DNA from: Acidobacteriota bacterium
GTDB lineage: Bacteria; Acidobacteriota; Terriglobia; Terriglobales; Acidobacteriaceae
Direction of reading: 5' to 3'
NCBI GenBank assembly: GCA_013289875.1
Contig: JABCZC010000013.1
Coordinates: forward strand, 7,069 to 71,068
Length of the DNA stretch: 64,000 nucleotides
Shown here piece after piece: positions 42,862 through 55,578 of this stretch. The notes under the pieces were generated by a model, which was not told where the DNA came from, made no database searches, and worked only from the letters and a program-made list of their open reading frames with translations. Position numbers and translations under genes: made by a program. Position 1 is the first letter of the stretch. Every line of letters begins with the position of its first letter.

Positions 42862-45800
42862 GGGACCGCGGGCTTGAGATGGGCAGCGCAGAAAGTCAGG
42901 ACATGGCAAAAGGAAATGGAAGCGCGAGGCTGACGCTTGCCGAGGTGCGAGCCAAGCTCGCCGGGCAGACCGGCAAGAAGTATTGGCGCTCGATCGACGA
43001 GCTGGCCGGGACGCCGGAGTTCGAGGCGGCCCTGAGCCAGGAGTTTCCGCAGCACAGTTCGGAATGGATCGATCCGGTTTCGCGCCGCGGCTTCATGAAG
43101 ATGATGGGCGCGTCGATGGCGCTGGCCGGCCTCGCAGGTTGCACCAAACAGCCGGACGAGATGATTTATCCCTACGTCAAGGCTCCGGAAGACCTGGTGC
43201 TGGGCAAGCCAGTTTATTTCGCAACGGCTTTCCCGTTCCCGACCGGGGCGATTCCGGTTCTGGTCAAGAGCGACGCCTATCGGCCGATCAAGGTGGACGG
43301 CAACCCGGAGCATCCAATCACCAAGGGCGGCTCAGACCCGATCACGCAGGGAACGCTGCTTGACCTTTACGATCCCGACCGGTCTCAGCATATTCTGCAT
43401 CGCGGCGAAAACGGTACCTGGCCAGTCTTTCAAGCTAGCTTCCGCTCGGCGCTCGCCGACAAGAAGGCAACGGGCGGGGAAGGCCTCTATTTTCTGAGCA
43501 GTACGGTGACTTCACCGACCCTGGCGGCGCAGTGGAAGAAAGCACAGGCGGCGTATCCCAAGGCGAAGTTGGTGCAGTACGACCCGGTGAATCGCGACTC
43601 AGCCTATGCGGCGTCGAAGGCGGCATTCGGCGATTACGCAGACGCGCAGTACAAGCTCGATGCGGCGGACGTAATCGTCACGCTCGATGCGGATTTCCTC
43701 TCCGGAGCGGCGCAGCCCGGCTTCCACAAGCTGGCCAAGGATTACGCCACGCGCCGGAAGCTAGAGAGCGCAGGCTCGGGCGACTACGGCATGAACCGGC
43801 TGTACGCCGTCGAGAGCATGACGACAACCACCGGCCTCAAAGCGGATCATCGCCAGGCGCTGCGGGCAAGCGACATTGCCGGCTTCGCGGCGGCGCTGGC
43901 CGCGGCGGTAGGCGTGGGTTCAGCTCCGTCCGGGTATACATGGTCGGACGATGCCCAGAAGTTTCTGACTTCAGTTGCCAAGGACCTGAAGGCCAATGGC
44001 GGCAAGAGCGTCGTGATTCCGGGTGAGCAGCAATCGGTAGGCGTGCACCTGGCGGCGATGGCCATCAACGACGCGCTGGGTAACGTCGGAAAGACGGTCG
44101 TCTACACGGAAACCGTGAATCCGCTGCCTTCGATCCAGGGCGACGACCTGAAGTCGTTGGTAGCGGATCTGAACGCCGGCAAGGTGGAATGGCTGGTGAT
44201 CCTGAACGCCAATCCGGTCTACTCGGCGCCCGCGGACCTGCAGTTTGGAGATGCGATGGGCAAGGTGAAGACGGTCGTGCATCTCGGACTGCACAACGAC
44301 GAGACGGGGCTGCTCGCGAACTGGCACATCAACGGGACACATTATCTCGAGGCCTGGTCGGACGCGCGGGCTTATGACGGAACGGCCAGCGTCATCCAGC
44401 CGATGATCGATCCGCTCTATGCCGGCCATTCGGCGCACGAGATCGTTCAATCATTGCTCGACAATCCGGATGTCTCGGCTTACGACGCGGTGCGCGATAC
44501 CTGGAAGGACAAAACGGGAGCCAAGGGCACCGACGCCGATTTCGGCTGGCGCAAGGCGCTCCATGACGGCTTCATTGCCGATACGGCGTTTGCGCCCAAA
44601 GGCGGCGGAGGCAAGGCGTCGATTCCGGCTCCGGCTGCGCAGGCTCCGGCGGACTCACTGGAAATCATCTTCCGGCCCGATCCGAATGTCTACGATGGAC
44701 GTTACGCGAACGTGGGATGGCTGCAGGAAGTGCCTCGCCCGGTGACGAATCTCTCCTGGGACAACGCGGCGTTGATGAGCTATGCGACGCTGGAGAAGCT
44801 GGGTGTGGCCGAGCACGACGTCATCGAGGTCACGCTGAACGGGAAGAAGGTGCTGGCTCCGGTACTGGCCGTCCCCGGCCATGCCGACGGAAGCATCACT
44901 CTGCACCTGGGACACGGTCGCCAGGCTGCAGGCCGCGTGGGCAGCGGAGTGGGCTTCAACGCCTACCAGATAAGGTCTTCAGATTCGCCGCTCTTCGCGA
45001 CCGGCGCGACGGTGAAGAAGACCGGTGATGTATGGGGCTTTGCAGTCACCAAGAGCCATTATCAGGATCATCGCTCCGTGGCTGTGGGCGGCGATGGCAG
45101 CGGGACGCACTCGCTTGAGGGCAATGAGGCGATCGATCGCGGGATTATCCGCTACGCGACGCTCGAAGAATTCAAGAAACACCCGCAGTTCGCCCATGAG
45201 GGCGAGGGAAAAGACGTCCCCGAGCCGACGACCAGCATGTTCCCGTCGTATCGCTACGACCACAACGCCTGGGGCATGTCGATCGACATGAACTCCTGCG
45301 TCGGTTGCAACGCCTGCGTGGTGAGTTGTTATGCGGAGAACAACATCGCAGTCGTGGGCAAGCATCAGGTGACGATGGGGCGCATCATGCAGTGGATCCG
45401 CGTCGACACCTATTACGAAGGCGACCTGGCCGCCCCGCGGGCGCATTTCCAGCCGATGGCCTGTCAGCACTGCGAGAACGCACCGTGCGAGCAGGTGTGC
45501 CCGGTGGGCGCGACCGTGCATACGCCGGAAGGCCTGAACACGATGGTCTACAACCGCTGCGTGGGCACGCGCTATTGCTCCAACAACTGTCCATACAAGG
45601 TGCGTCGCTTCAACTTCCTGCTTTACTCGGATTACGAGACGGAGAGTCTGAAGCTGATGCGCAACCCGGATGTTTCCGTGCGCAGCCGCGGCGTAATGGA
45701 GAAGTGCAGCTACTGCGTACAGCGCATTACGGCAACGAAGATCGCGGCCGATAAGGAAAACCGGCTGATCCGCGACGGGGAAATTGTGACGGCGTGCCAG

Positions 45801-46004
45801 CAAGCCTGCCCGACCGACGCCATCGTCTTCGGCAATATTAATGACGGCGACAGCAGAGTGTCGAAACTGAAGCGCCAGGAGCGCAGCTACGGAGTGCTGG
45901 AGGACATAAACACGCGTCCGCGCACCACCTATGTAGCGGAAGTGCTGAACATCAACACGGAACTGGCCGCTGCGCGCGGGGAATTCGCGGCGGAGAACAG
46001 CTAA
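42858..46004 (+). CDS. actB: Alternative complex III subunit ActB (molybdopterin-like + 4Fe-4S fusion)
   Basis: Tat motif SRRGFMKMMGA and C-terminal ferredoxin Cys clusters (CVGCNACVVSC, CQHCENAPC, CSNNCPYKVR, CSYC...). ATGA start/stop overlap with actA. Confidence 0.85.
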   Translation: MRDRGLEMGSAESQDMAKGNGSARLTLAEVRAKLAGQTGKKYWRSIDELAGTPEFEAALSQEFPQHSSEWIDPVSRRGFMKMMGASMALAGLAGCTKQPDEMIYPYVKAPEDLVLGKPVYFATAFPFPTGAIPVLVKSDAYRPIKVDGNPEHPITKGGSDPITQGTLLDLYDPDRSQHILHRGENGTWPVFQASFRSALADKKATGGEGLYFLSSTVTSPTLAAQWKKAQAAYPKAKLVQYDPVNRDSAYAASKAAFGDYADAQYKLDAADVIVTLDADFLSGAAQPGFHKLAKDYATRRKLESAGSGDYGMNRLYAVESMTTTTGLKADHRQALRASDIAGFAAALAAAVGVGSAPSGYTWSDDAQKFLTSVAKDLKANGGKSVVIPGEQQSVGVHLAAMAINDALGNVGKTVVYTETVNPLPSIQGDDLKSLVADLNAGKVEWLVILNANPVYSAPADLQFGDAMGKVKTVVHLGLHNDETGLLANWHINGTHYLEAWSDARAYDGTASVIQPMIDPLYAGHSAHEIVQSLLDNPDVSAYDAVRDTWKDKTGAKGTDADFGWRKALHDGFIADTAFAPKGGGGKASIPAPAAQAPADSLEIIFRPDPNVYDGRYANVGWLQEVPRPVTNLSWDNAALMSYATLEKLGVAEHDVIEVTLNGKKVLAPVLAVPGHADGSITLHLGHGRQAAGRVGSGVGFNAYQIRSSDSPLFATGATVKKTGDVWGFAVTKSHYQDHRSVAVGGDGSGTHSLEGNEAIDRGIIRYATLEEFKKHPQFAHEGEGKDVPEPTTSMFPSYRYDHNAWGMSIDMNSCVGCNACVVSCYAENNIAVVGKHQVTMGRIMQWIRVDTYYEGDLAAPRAHFQPMACQHCENAPCEQVCPVGATVHTPEGLNTMVYNRCVGTRYCSNNCPYKVRRFNFLLYSDYETESLKLMRNPDVSVRSRGVMEKCSYCVQRITATKIAADKENRLIRDGEIVTACQQACPTDAIVFGNINDGDSRVSKLKRQERSYGVLEDINTRPRTTYVAEVLNINTELAAARGEFAAENS

Positions 46005-46032
46005 AAAGGTCCGAGGCTAAGAGGTTAAAGCG

Positions 46033-47456
<1,424 letters not shown>

Positions 47457-47457
<1 letters not shown>

Positions 47458-47999
47458 TGCCTGAACGCGAAGGAACGTACGGCCTGCTGGCCGAATTCGA
47501 TACGCCGAGCCAACTGGTGAGGGCCGCCGAGAACGCCTACGCTGCGGGCTATCGCCGGATGGATTGCTACACGCCATATCCGGTGGAAGAAGCGGCGGAG
47601 GCTATCGGCTTTCACAAGAATGAGGTCTCGCTGGTGTGCCTGATCGGCGGCATGCTGGGCGTGACCGCCATGTTCAGCCTGGAGACATGGATCTCGGTAT
47701 GGAGCTATCCGCTGAATATCGCCGGGCGTCCGTATTTCTCCTGGCCTGCGTTTGTGGTCCCGGCGTACGAGTGGACGATTCTGTTCGCGGGGCTTTCGGC
47801 GGCCTTCGGCATGCTGGCGCTGAATGGACTGCCGCAGGTGTATCACCCGCTCTTCAACGCTCCGAATTTTCGTAATGGCGCGACGAGCGACAAATTCTTT
47901 TTGTGCGTGGAAGCCAACGATCCGAAGTTCGAGCCAGCGGAAACGCGGTCGTTTCTCGAGGGCTTCGCGCCGGTTTCGGTCGTGGAGGTGGAGTATTAA
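47457..47999 (+). CDS. actD: Alternative complex III subunit ActD (DUF3341)
   Basis: GLLAEFDTPSQLVRAAENAYAAGYRRMDCYTPYPVEE. TGATG overlap with actC. Confidence 0.85.
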
Positions 48000-48003
48000 T
48001 CCC

Positions 48004-48804
48004 ATGAAGAAAATCCGGGCGCACTCCGCTCGCGCGCTCACGCTCTCGGCCGCGGCGGCGCTGATGTTCGTTGCCGGATGCCGGCAGGATATGCAGGATC
48101 AGCCGAAGATGATTCCGCAGCGCGAGTCGCAATTCTTCGCCGACGGACGCTCGGTCCGTCCGCAGGTAGAGCACACCGTGGCACGCGGGCAGCTGCGCGA
48201 AGACGAGTATTTCTACACCGGTCTGGTGAACGGCAAGGAGCAGGACGCACTGCCCTTCCCGGCGACCCTTCAGGTGCTGGAACGCGGACAGGAGCGGTAC
48301 AACGTTTATTGCACCCCCTGCCACTCACGCGTGGGCAACGGCCAGGGAATGATTGTTGAGCGCGGTTACAAGCCGGCGGGGAATTATCACGACCCAAAGC
48401 GCCTGGCTCAGCCCCTCAGCCACTACTTCTTCGTGATGACCAACGGTTATGGGGCGATGCCCGATTACTCTTCTCAGCTCACTCCGGCAGACCGGTGGGC
48501 TGTGGCCGCGTATATTCGCGCGCTGCAACTCAGCCAGAATGCGAAACAATCGGATGTGCCGCAGGGCGCGAAGGTCGAAAACCTGACCGACATCGCCGAG
48601 AAGGAAGGTCTGCCGGCGAGCGATGCCGGTCCGTGGCCGATAGCGGTCGATACCAACGTGGAGGCTACCCCGTCGACGGGGATTCTGGCCGGAGCTCCGG
48701 CTAAGGGCGTGAATGCCCCGAACGCGACGATTCAGGCTCCAAAGAAATCAGCAACGACGAACGCGGGCAGCGGCAAATCCGCCAAACCGCCGGCCTCGAA
48801 TTAA
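48004..48804 (+). CDS. actE: Alternative complex III subunit ActE (monohaem cytochrome c lipoprotein)
   Basis: Lipobox LMFVAGC and a single CTPCH. The track ORF starts further upstream at 47824. Confidence 0.8.
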   Translation: MKKIRAHSARALTLSAAAALMFVAGCRQDMQDQPKMIPQRESQFFADGRSVRPQVEHTVARGQLREDEYFYTGLVNGKEQDALPFPATLQVLERGQERYNVYCTPCHSRVGNGQGMIVERGYKPAGNYHDPKRLAQPLSHYFFVMTNGYGAMPDYSSQLTPADRWAVAAYIRALQLSQNAKQSDVPQGAKVENLTDIAEKEGLPASDAGPWPIAVDTNVEATPSTGILAGAPAKGVNAPNATIQAPKKSATTNAGSGKSAKPPASN

Positions 48805-48807
48805 GGA

Positions 48808-50109
48808 ATGCAGGAAGAACGCATGGCAAACGGATATCACGCGAAGACGCTGCCCAAAGATCTGAATGCGCCGGCATTTGTCGATGTCTGGCGCACCCGC
48901 GCGCTGACTGTGGGGGTCGTTTTTTTGGTCATCGCCATCATCCTCGGCTTTCTCAGCGGCGACGCCTGGAATCATTTTCTGCGCGCCTGGCTGCACGGTT
49001 ACATGATGTGCTTCAACTTCTGCTTTGGCGCGATGGTGCTGCTCATGGTGCAGTATCTGTCAGGCGGCAAGTGGGGGCTGATCATTCGCCGGCCGCTCGA
49101 AGCGATGACACGTACCTGGCCGCTGGTCTTGCTGCTGTTCCTGCCCGTGGGAATCTTTGGAGCGTCGTTTGGCAAGCTATACATCTGGGCGAAGTATGCG
49201 GACTGGGCAAAGGCGCTGAAGAACGGCTTGATCACCAACGAGCAGGCACATGCGATCCATTTCAAACACGGCATTCTGAACGTGACGTCGTTCTGGGTTT
49301 ACTCTTTGCTGACGTTTGCAATTCTTGCCTTGTACGTCACGCTGCTGAACAAGTGGTCGCTTAAGCGCGATGCCGATCCCGAGCCGAATGTTCCTTACTG
49401 GAGAACGAAGTTCGAGAACCTGAGCGGCTTCGGGACGCTACTCTATGCGATCCTGCTCTTCGGCGTAGCGATCTATTGGGTGATGTCGCTCGACCCAACC
49501 TGGTACTCGACGGTATACGGCTTCCAGTTCCTGGTGGCGGAGGGATACGGAGTGCTCGCGCTCTCCATCCTGACGCTGATCGGGCTGTCGCGAGCGGAGC
49601 CGATGAAGACGATGTTTCGCGGGACCGAACAGCACGATATGGGCAAGCTATGCTTCGCCTTCACCATGCTGAACATGTATCTCGCCTTCGCCTCGTTCCT
49701 GATTATCTGGTCAGGCAACTCGCCGGAAGAGATTCCCTGGTACCTTGACCGCATTCGCGGCAATTGGGGTGTGATCGCGACGCTCGACGTCATCTTCCAC
49801 TGGCTGATCCCGTTTACGCTGCTGCTGTCGAGCGGCCTGAAGCGCATCAAGAAACGTCTCGCCGTGGTCTGCTGCATCATGATCTTCGCGCGCGCATGGG
49901 ACCTGTGGTGGCTGATTGAGCCGAACTTCCCCGATGCGCGGCGGAACCTGCACTTCAGCGTGGGGATGCTGGAGTATGCCACGCTGCCGGTAGCGCTGGT
50001 GGCCTTCTGGCTGGCCTATTTCTTTACCCAGCTCAAGCAGCGTCCGTTGATTGCCACGAACGATCCACACCTGGTAGAGCTTCTGGAGCCTGAACATGCA
50101 CACGCCTGA
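48808..50109 (+). CDS. actF: Alternative complex III subunit ActF
   Basis: Second NrfD-like polytopic membrane protein following actE. Confidence 0.75.
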   Translation: MQEERMANGYHAKTLPKDLNAPAFVDVWRTRALTVGVVFLVIAIILGFLSGDAWNHFLRAWLHGYMMCFNFCFGAMVLLMVQYLSGGKWGLIIRRPLEAMTRTWPLVLLLFLPVGIFGASFGKLYIWAKYADWAKALKNGLITNEQAHAIHFKHGILNVTSFWVYSLLTFAILALYVTLLNKWSLKRDADPEPNVPYWRTKFENLSGFGTLLYAILLFGVAIYWVMSLDPTWYSTVYGFQFLVAEGYGVLALSILTLIGLSRAEPMKTMFRGTEQHDMGKLCFAFTMLNMYLAFASFLIIWSGNSPEEIPWYLDRIRGNWGVIATLDVIFHWLIPFTLLLSSGLKRIKKRLAVVCCIMIFARAWDLWWLIEPNFPDARRNLHFSVGMLEYATLPVALVAFWLAYFFTQLKQRPLIATNDPHLVELLEPEHAHA

Positions 50110-50731
50110 AGAGCACGAGTCCCACGACAAACCCGCATCTCTGCGGGAGGGCTACGAAGTCACCGATGTTAGCGTGCGGGGGATCATGGTCTTCCTGACG
50201 GGACTCTTCATTTCCGTGGGTGTTTTCTTCGTCTTCTGCTTCGGACTGGGCATCCTTATTAATAACGGGATCAAGAAGAGCGATGGTGCTCCGAATAAGT
50301 GGAACGCAAATTCCACGGCCCAGGCTGGCAAGCTCAAGAACATGGAGTCGAATCCTGCGGCCGAGCAGCAGCAGCTGCAGCAATTGACGCAGACCTTTCC
50401 GACACCGCGGCTGCAGGCTGATGACGGGAACGAGGACCTCGTCAATCTGCACGCCCGCGAGGATCTGCTGCTCGATCATTACAGTTGGGTCGACCAGTCG
50501 CAGGGAAAGGTGAGGATTCCGATTGAGCGCGCCATGGAGCTGATCGCGCAGCGCGGGCTGCCGGTGGCGGCACAGCCGGCGTCGTCCGGGCCGCTCATGG
50601 CGGGAGATTCGAAGCCTGCGGTGCAGTCTCCGTTGACCGACGGGTTTGCCCGTACCGGCTACGAGCAGCAGGAAATGTCTCCGGCGAGAGAGGCCGGAGA
50701 GCAGGCATCGACCAAAGCGAATAATAATTAA
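50096..50731 (+). CDS. Single-pass membrane protein, ACIII/oxidase-cluster associated, unknown function
   Basis: One TM helix (IMVFLTGLFISVGVFFVFCFGLGIL). It overlaps the actF stop by 14 nt and precedes SCO1. Confidence 0.55.
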   Translation: MHTPEEHESHDKPASLREGYEVTDVSVRGIMVFLTGLFISVGVFFVFCFGLGILINNGIKKSDGAPNKWNANSTAQAGKLKNMESNPAAEQQQLQQLTQTFPTPRLQADDGNEDLVNLHAREDLLLDHYSWVDQSQGKVRIPIERAMELIAQRGLPVAAQPASSGPLMAGDSKPAVQSPLTDGFARTGYEQQEMSPAREAGEQASTKANNN

Positions 50732-50752
50732 GACAGGGATTAGGGATTAGGA

Positions 50753-51652
50753 ATGCGGGGAGTCGAGCTAATGCGGAGTTGGACAGCGACGGTGACGGCC
50801 GGATTGGCTGCGCTGGCATTCGCCTGCTTGTTCGCCTCCGCCGCGCTCGCCCAGGTTTCCAGCTATGGCGACAAGCAGATGGGCGAGGTGAGCGACCACC
50901 CTCCGGCGCTACTGGACAAGGTCACGATCACGCAGAAGCTGAACACCCGGATACCTCTCGACGGTGAGTTTCGCGACGAGACAGGCAAGGCGGTCCGGCT
51001 GAGCGAATACTTCGGCAAGCGGCCCGTGGTCCTCTCGCTGGTGTACTACCAATGCAAGATCGTTTGCCCGGAGGAGATCGACGGGCTGGTAAGCGCGCTG
51101 GAAATGGTGAAGTTCGTTCCCGGCAAAGACTTCGATGTGGTCTTCGTCAGCATCGACCCGAGTGAAACTCCGGAGATCGCCGCCAAAGAAAAGGCGCTCT
51201 ATATAAAGCGCTATGGGCATCCGGAGACAGCCAATGGCTGGCATTTCCTGACTGGCCAGCAGCCAGCGATCGATTCTCTGACGAGTGCGGTTGGCTTCGG
51301 CTATGTACGCGTGCCGGGACCCGACGGCGTAATGAACCAGTTTGCCCACGCCAGCGCGATTGAGCTTCTCACCGCCGAGGGCAGGCTTTCGCAGTATTAC
51401 CTGGGGGTTGAGTATCCGCCCAACGACTTGCGGCTGGGCCTGGTGGAGGCTTCGGCGGGAAAGATCGGCTCGCCGGTGGATGCGATCCTGACCTACTGCT
51501 ATCGCTACGATCCAAAGTTGAATCGGCACAGCCTGGTGATTGCCCGCGTCGTACAGCTGGGCGGGTTGATCACGGTTTTTGGTCTGGGCAGCTACATGAC
51601 GATCATGTTCCGGCGTGATCTGAAGCACGATGAGAAAAACGCCAACGGATAA
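50753..51652 (+). CDS. SCO1/SenC copper chaperone
   Basis: Thioredoxin-fold CKIVC (CxxxC) motif, N-terminal signal/anchor and C-terminal TM helix. Confidence 0.8.
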   Translation: MRGVELMRSWTATVTAGLAALAFACLFASAALAQVSSYGDKQMGEVSDHPPALLDKVTITQKLNTRIPLDGEFRDETGKAVRLSEYFGKRPVVLSLVYYQCKIVCPEEIDGLVSALEMVKFVPGKDFDVVFVSIDPSETPEIAAKEKALYIKRYGHPETANGWHFLTGQQPAIDSLTSAVGFGYVRVPGPDGVMNQFAHASAIELLTAEGRLSQYYLGVEYPPNDLRLGLVEASAGKIGSPVDAILTYCYRYDPKLNRHSLVIARVVQLGGLITVFGLGSYMTIMFRRDLKHDEKNANG

Positions 51653-51661
51653 AAGGGAACG

Positions 51662-52759
51662 ATGCACTACTTCATCAGTCCAGTACTCTGGCAGTTTCTA
51701 GTTAATTGGCTCACGCACTTCGCGCTCTTTCCGCCCGAAGCGTCGAGCATCGCTCCCTATGCGGATGCACTCTATTTCTTTCTGATCCTGATTTCGCTGG
51801 TGGGCATGGCGCTGGTGCTGGCGCTGGTCACCGGCTTCTCCATCCTGTATCGCAAGGAGCGGAATCCCGAAGCCACCCAGATCGAGGGCTCCACTCTGCT
51901 CGAAGCCACCTGGACCATCATTCCGCTGGCGCTCTTCATGGTTTGCTTCGTCTGGGGCGCACTGCTTTATTTCCGCATCTACAATCCGCCCACCAACGCT
52001 ATGAATATCTACATCGTGGGCAAGCAGTGGATGTGGAAGGCCGAGCATCCGGGCGGGCAGCATGAAATCAACGCGCTGCATGTGCCTTTGGGCAGGCCGG
52101 TGCAGCTGACGATGATCTCGCAGGACGTCTTCCACAGCTATTCGATTCCCGCGTTTCGCGTGAAGCGCGAGGTCATCCCGGGACGATATACGACAGTCTG
52201 GTTTACGGCCACGCAGCCGGGAACGTATCACCTGTTCTGCACCCAGTATTGCGGCACCTTGCATTCGGAGATGATCGGCGAGGTCACGGTGATGAAGCCC
52301 GAGGAGTACCAGGCCTGGACGGAGGGTTCGACCAGCGGCATGTCGCTGGCGCAAAATGGCGAGCGGTTGTTCGCCAGCCTGGGCTGCAATGCCTGCCATT
52401 CCGGTAACGCCGGAGCGCGCGGTCCCAACCTCGCCGAGTCGTACTCGACAAGAGTGCAGCTTACCAGCGGGTCGTATGCGATGGTTGATGACGCTTTCCT
52501 GCGGGACTCGATTCTGAATCCTACGATGCACACGACTGCCGGCTATGCGCCCATCATGCCGACTTATCAGGGCCAGATCAGCGAAGAGGGATTGATCGAT
52601 CTGGTGGAATACATCAAGAAACTCAACACAAACTATCGTGTTCAGCAAACGCTGAACACGAGCCAGATACAAAGCCCAGTGCAAAACCAGGCGCAAAGCC
52701 CGGTTGCAACCCGGGTGCAGCAACCGGCGCCAGCAGCGCCGGCGGGGGTGAAGCCATGA
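51662..52759 (+). CDS. coxB: Cytochrome c oxidase subunit II with fused cytochrome c (caa3 type)
   Basis: CuA site HSYSIP...[13 protein letters not shown] and C-terminal CNACH. Confidence 0.9.
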   Translation: MHYFISPVLWQFLVNWLTHFALFPPEASSIAPYADALYFFLILISLVGMALVLALVTGFSILYRKERNPEATQIEGSTLLEATWTIIPLALFMVCFVWGALLYFRIYNPPTNAMNIYIVGKQWMWKAEHPGGQHEINALHVPLGRPVQLTMISQDVFHSYSIPAFRVKREVIPGRYTTVWFTATQPGTYHLFCTQYCGTLHSEMIGEVTVMKPEEYQAWTEGSTSGMSLAQNGERLFASLGCNACHSGNAGARGPNLAESYSTRVQLTSGSYAMVDDAFLRDSILNPTMHTTAGYAPIMPTYQGQISEEGLIDLVEYIKKLNTNYRVQQTLNTSQIQSPVQNQAQSPVATRVQQPAPAAPAGVKP

Positions 52760-54417
52760 GCACAATCGTTATGCTTCCGGACCAGCAGACGGCATCGCTG
52801 CCGAAGCGGTCCTATCTGAACGAGGAATACGGCCTGAAGAGCTGGCTACTGACCGGAGATCACAAGCGCATCGCGATCCTGTACCTGATCTCGATCACGA
52901 TCTTTTTCTTCATCGGCGGCTTTTTTGCAGGAATGATCCGGCTGGAGCTGCTGACTCCTCCGAGCGACCTGATGGCGGCGGACACCTACAACAAGATGTT
53001 CACCATGCACGGCATCATCATGGTCTTCCTGTTCCTGGTGCCTTCGGTGCCGGCGACCATTGGTAATTTCCTGATTCCGATCATGGTGGGCGCCAAAGAT
53101 CTCGCCTTTCCCAAGATCAACCTGCTGAGCTGGTACCTGTACGTCTTAGGCGGCATCCTGGTGCTGGCGGCGCTCACCCTTGGCGGCGTGGATACGGGCT
53201 GGACCTTCACCACTCCGCTCAGCACTCATTACCTGAACACGCATGTCATTACCGCAGGCCTGGCCATATTCGTCGCTGGTTTCAGCTCCATCTTTACCGG
53301 CCTGAACTTCATCGTCACGATTCACCGTATGCGCGCGCCGGGCATGACCTGGTTCCGTCTGCCGCTGTTTGTATGGTCGCATTACGCGGCGTCGGTCCTG
53401 ATGGTGCTGGGCACGCCGGTGCTGGCCATTACCCTGGTTCTGGTGATTCTGGAGCGCGTCATCGGCATCGGGGTCTTCGATCCGGCCAAGGGCGGCGATC
53501 CACTGCTCTTCCAGCACCTGTTCTGGTTCTACTCGCATCCGGCCGTGTACATCATGATTCTGCCGGGATTTGGCGTCATCTCCGAGGTCATCAGCACCTT
53601 CTCGCGCAAGCGGGTCTTCGGATACACCGCCGTGGCCTTCTCCTCGGTTGCGATTGCGGTATTTGGATTCTTCGTCTGGGCGCACCACATGTTCATCATG
53701 GGCGTCTCGAATTACTCGGCGTTGGTTTTCTCGCTGCTCACCATGCTGGTTGCGGTGCCTTCGGCGATCAAGATCTTCAACTGGTCGTTCACGCTGTACA
53801 AGGGCTCGATCACCTTTGAGACGCCGATGCTCTACGCCTTCGGCTTCATTGGATTGTTCACGATCGGTGGTTTGACCGGTGTATTCCTCGGGTCGATGGG
53901 CATGGATATTCATCTGACGGAGACCTACTTCATCGTCGCGCACTTTCACTTCGTGATGGTGGGCGGCATGCTGATGGCGTTCCTCGCCGGCATCCACTTC
54001 TGGTGGCCGAAGATGACTGGCCGAATGTATCCGGAGGGCATCTCGAAGCTGGCCGCGCTGACGACCTTTATCGGTTTTAACCTGACCTTTTTCCCGCAAT
54101 TTATTCTTGGATACCTGGGCATGCCGCGCCGCTATGCCGCCTATCCGCCCGAGTTCCAGGTGCTGAACGTGCTCTCTACGGCGGGTGCGACGGTGCTGGG
54201 AGTGGGGTACGTTCTTCCGCTACTGTACCTGGCCTGGTCGCTCAAGTACGGCAAGATTGCCGGGTCGAACCCGTGGCAGGCTACCGGCCTCGAATGGCAA
54301 ATCCAGTCGCCTCCGTTGACGACAAACTTCGTCGAGACGCCGGTTGTCGATTACGAAGCGTACGACTACGAGTGGCTGGCGAACAAGACCAAGCACGAGG
54401 TGCAGACCGTTGGATAG
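52756..54417 (+). CDS. coxA: Cytochrome c oxidase subunit I
   Basis: Classical haem-copper oxidase sequence (FFFIGG...[17 protein letters not shown]...HHMF...HFHFV). ATGA overlap with coxB. Confidence 0.95.
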   Translation: MSTIVMLPDQQTASLPKRSYLNEEYGLKSWLLTGDHKRIAILYLISITIFFFIGGFFAGMIRLELLTPPSDLMAADTYNKMFTMHGIIMVFLFLVPSVPATIGNFLIPIMVGAKDLAFPKINLLSWYLYVLGGILVLAALTLGGVDTGWTFTTPLSTHYLNTHVITAGLAIFVAGFSSIFTGLNFIVTIHRMRAPGMTWFRLPLFVWSHYAASVLMVLGTPVLAITLVLVILERVIGIGVFDPAKGGDPLLFQHLFWFYSHPAVYIMILPGFGVISEVISTFSRKRVFGYTAVAFSSVAIAVFGFFVWAHHMFIMGVSNYSALVFSLLTMLVAVPSAIKIFNWSFTLYKGSITFETPMLYAFGFIGLFTIGGLTGVFLGSMGMDIHLTETYFIVAHFHFVMVGGMLMAFLAGIHFWWPKMTGRMYPEGISKLAALTTFIGFNLTFFPQFILGYLGMPRRYAAYPPEFQVLNVLSTAGATVLGVGYVLPLLYLAWSLKYGKIAGSNPWQATGLEWQIQSPPLTTNFVETPVVDYEAYDYEWLANKTKHEVQTVG

Positions 54418-54421
54418 CCAG

Positions 54422-55147
54422 GTGATCGCAACCCATCCGGAAGAACACGCAGAGCACGAGCATTCGCCGTACCTGCGGCACCATTTTGCGAATCTGGAAC
54501 AGCAGAGGGAAACCTCGACCTTCGGCATGTGGCTCTTCCTGCTGACGGAAATCATGTTCTTCGGCGGCCTCTTCTGCGCCTACCTGATTTACCGCAACTG
54601 GTACTACCCGGCGTTCGTTGCCGGCAGCCACCAGTTGTCGATCGCGTTGGGCGCGACCAACACCGCCGTGCTTATCTGCTCGAGCTTTACGATGGCCATG
54701 GCCGTCTACTCGTCGGAGATGCGTTGGCGCAAGGCGCTGGTGGGCTGGCTGCTGGCCACGATTGTGCTGGGTGGCGTTTTCCTTGGCATCAAGGCGGTCG
54801 AGTATCGCGAGAAATGGGAAAAGCGTCACGTCCCGGGATTAAACTTCAGCGCCGCGGGGTTCACGCATCAAGACCCGAACTATCCGGAGGACAAGCCGCT
54901 CGCGCCCGACATGGCGGAGAAGACCCAGGTGTACTTCTCGCTCTACTTCGCAATGACGGGCATGCATGCTCTGCACATGATCATCGGCGTTTCGATCCTG
55001 ATCATCCTGGTGATACGCGCCTGGGGCGGAGCATACACGCAAGGGCACATGACGACGGTGGAGAACTTCGGACTGTATTGGCACTTCGTCGACATTGTGT
55101 GGATCTTCCTGTTCCCGTTGTTATATCTGATCAGCCGGCACCAGTGA
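54422..55147 (+). CDS. coxC: Cytochrome c oxidase subunit III
   Basis: FGMWLFLLTEIMFFGGLF...YWHFVDIVWIFLF. GTG 54422 lies just after the coxA stop (the track ORF begins at 54344 inside coxA). Confidence 0.85.
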   Translation: MIATHPEEHAEHEHSPYLRHHFANLEQQRETSTFGMWLFLLTEIMFFGGLFCAYLIYRNWYYPAFVAGSHQLSIALGATNTAVLICSSFTMAMAVYSSEMRWRKALVGWLLATIVLGGVFLGIKAVEYREKWEKRHVPGLNFSAAGFTHQDPNYPEDKPLAPDMAEKTQVYFSLYFAMTGMHALHMIIGVSILIILVIRAWGGAYTQGHMTTVENFGLYWHFVDIVWIFLFPLLYLISRHQ

Positions 55148-55177
55148 TTGCAGTACAAAAGGATTTGAGGGCTAACG

Positions 55178-55519
55178 ATGTCTGAAGAAACTCACGCTCA
55201 GGAAATACTCGACACAGAGCCGACGCATCACGAAGAGCACATCGTCGGCCCCAGGGTCTATGGGATCATTTTCGGATTGCTGATGCTTTTCACGGCGATT
55301 ACGGTGGGTGCGTCCTACATCGATATGTACGCCTTCAACGCCGTGGTCGCCTTGGCCATCGCTTGCATCAAGGCCGTGCTGGTCATCCTTTTCTTCATGC
55401 ACGTCAAGTACAGCTCGCGGCTAACAAAGCTCACTGTCGCGGCTGGCTTCTTCACCTTCGTGGTGCTCATCACCATGACTATGACCGACTACATCAGCCG
55501 CGCCTGGGGGCTGTGGTAG
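55178..55519 (+). CDS. Cytochrome c oxidase subunit IV (prokaryotic)
   Basis: Three TM helices with the VLVILFFMHVKY motif. Confidence 0.8.
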   Translation: MSEETHAQEILDTEPTHHEEHIVGPRVYGIIFGLLMLFTAITVGASYIDMYAFNAVVALAIACIKAVLVILFFMHVKYSSRLTKLTVAAGFFTFVVLITMTMTDYISRAWGLW

Positions 55520-55541
55520 AAGCAAGGCGCAGAGGATGAGA

Positions 55542-55569
55542 GCCCGGCTCCAAATATCTGAAGCCGGGC
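55542..55569. terminator. Hairpin between convergent genes
   Basis: GCCCGGCT-N12-AGCCGGGC between the cox subunit IV stop and the NHL gene stop. Confidence 0.4.
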
Positions 55570-55578
55570 CGCGAATTG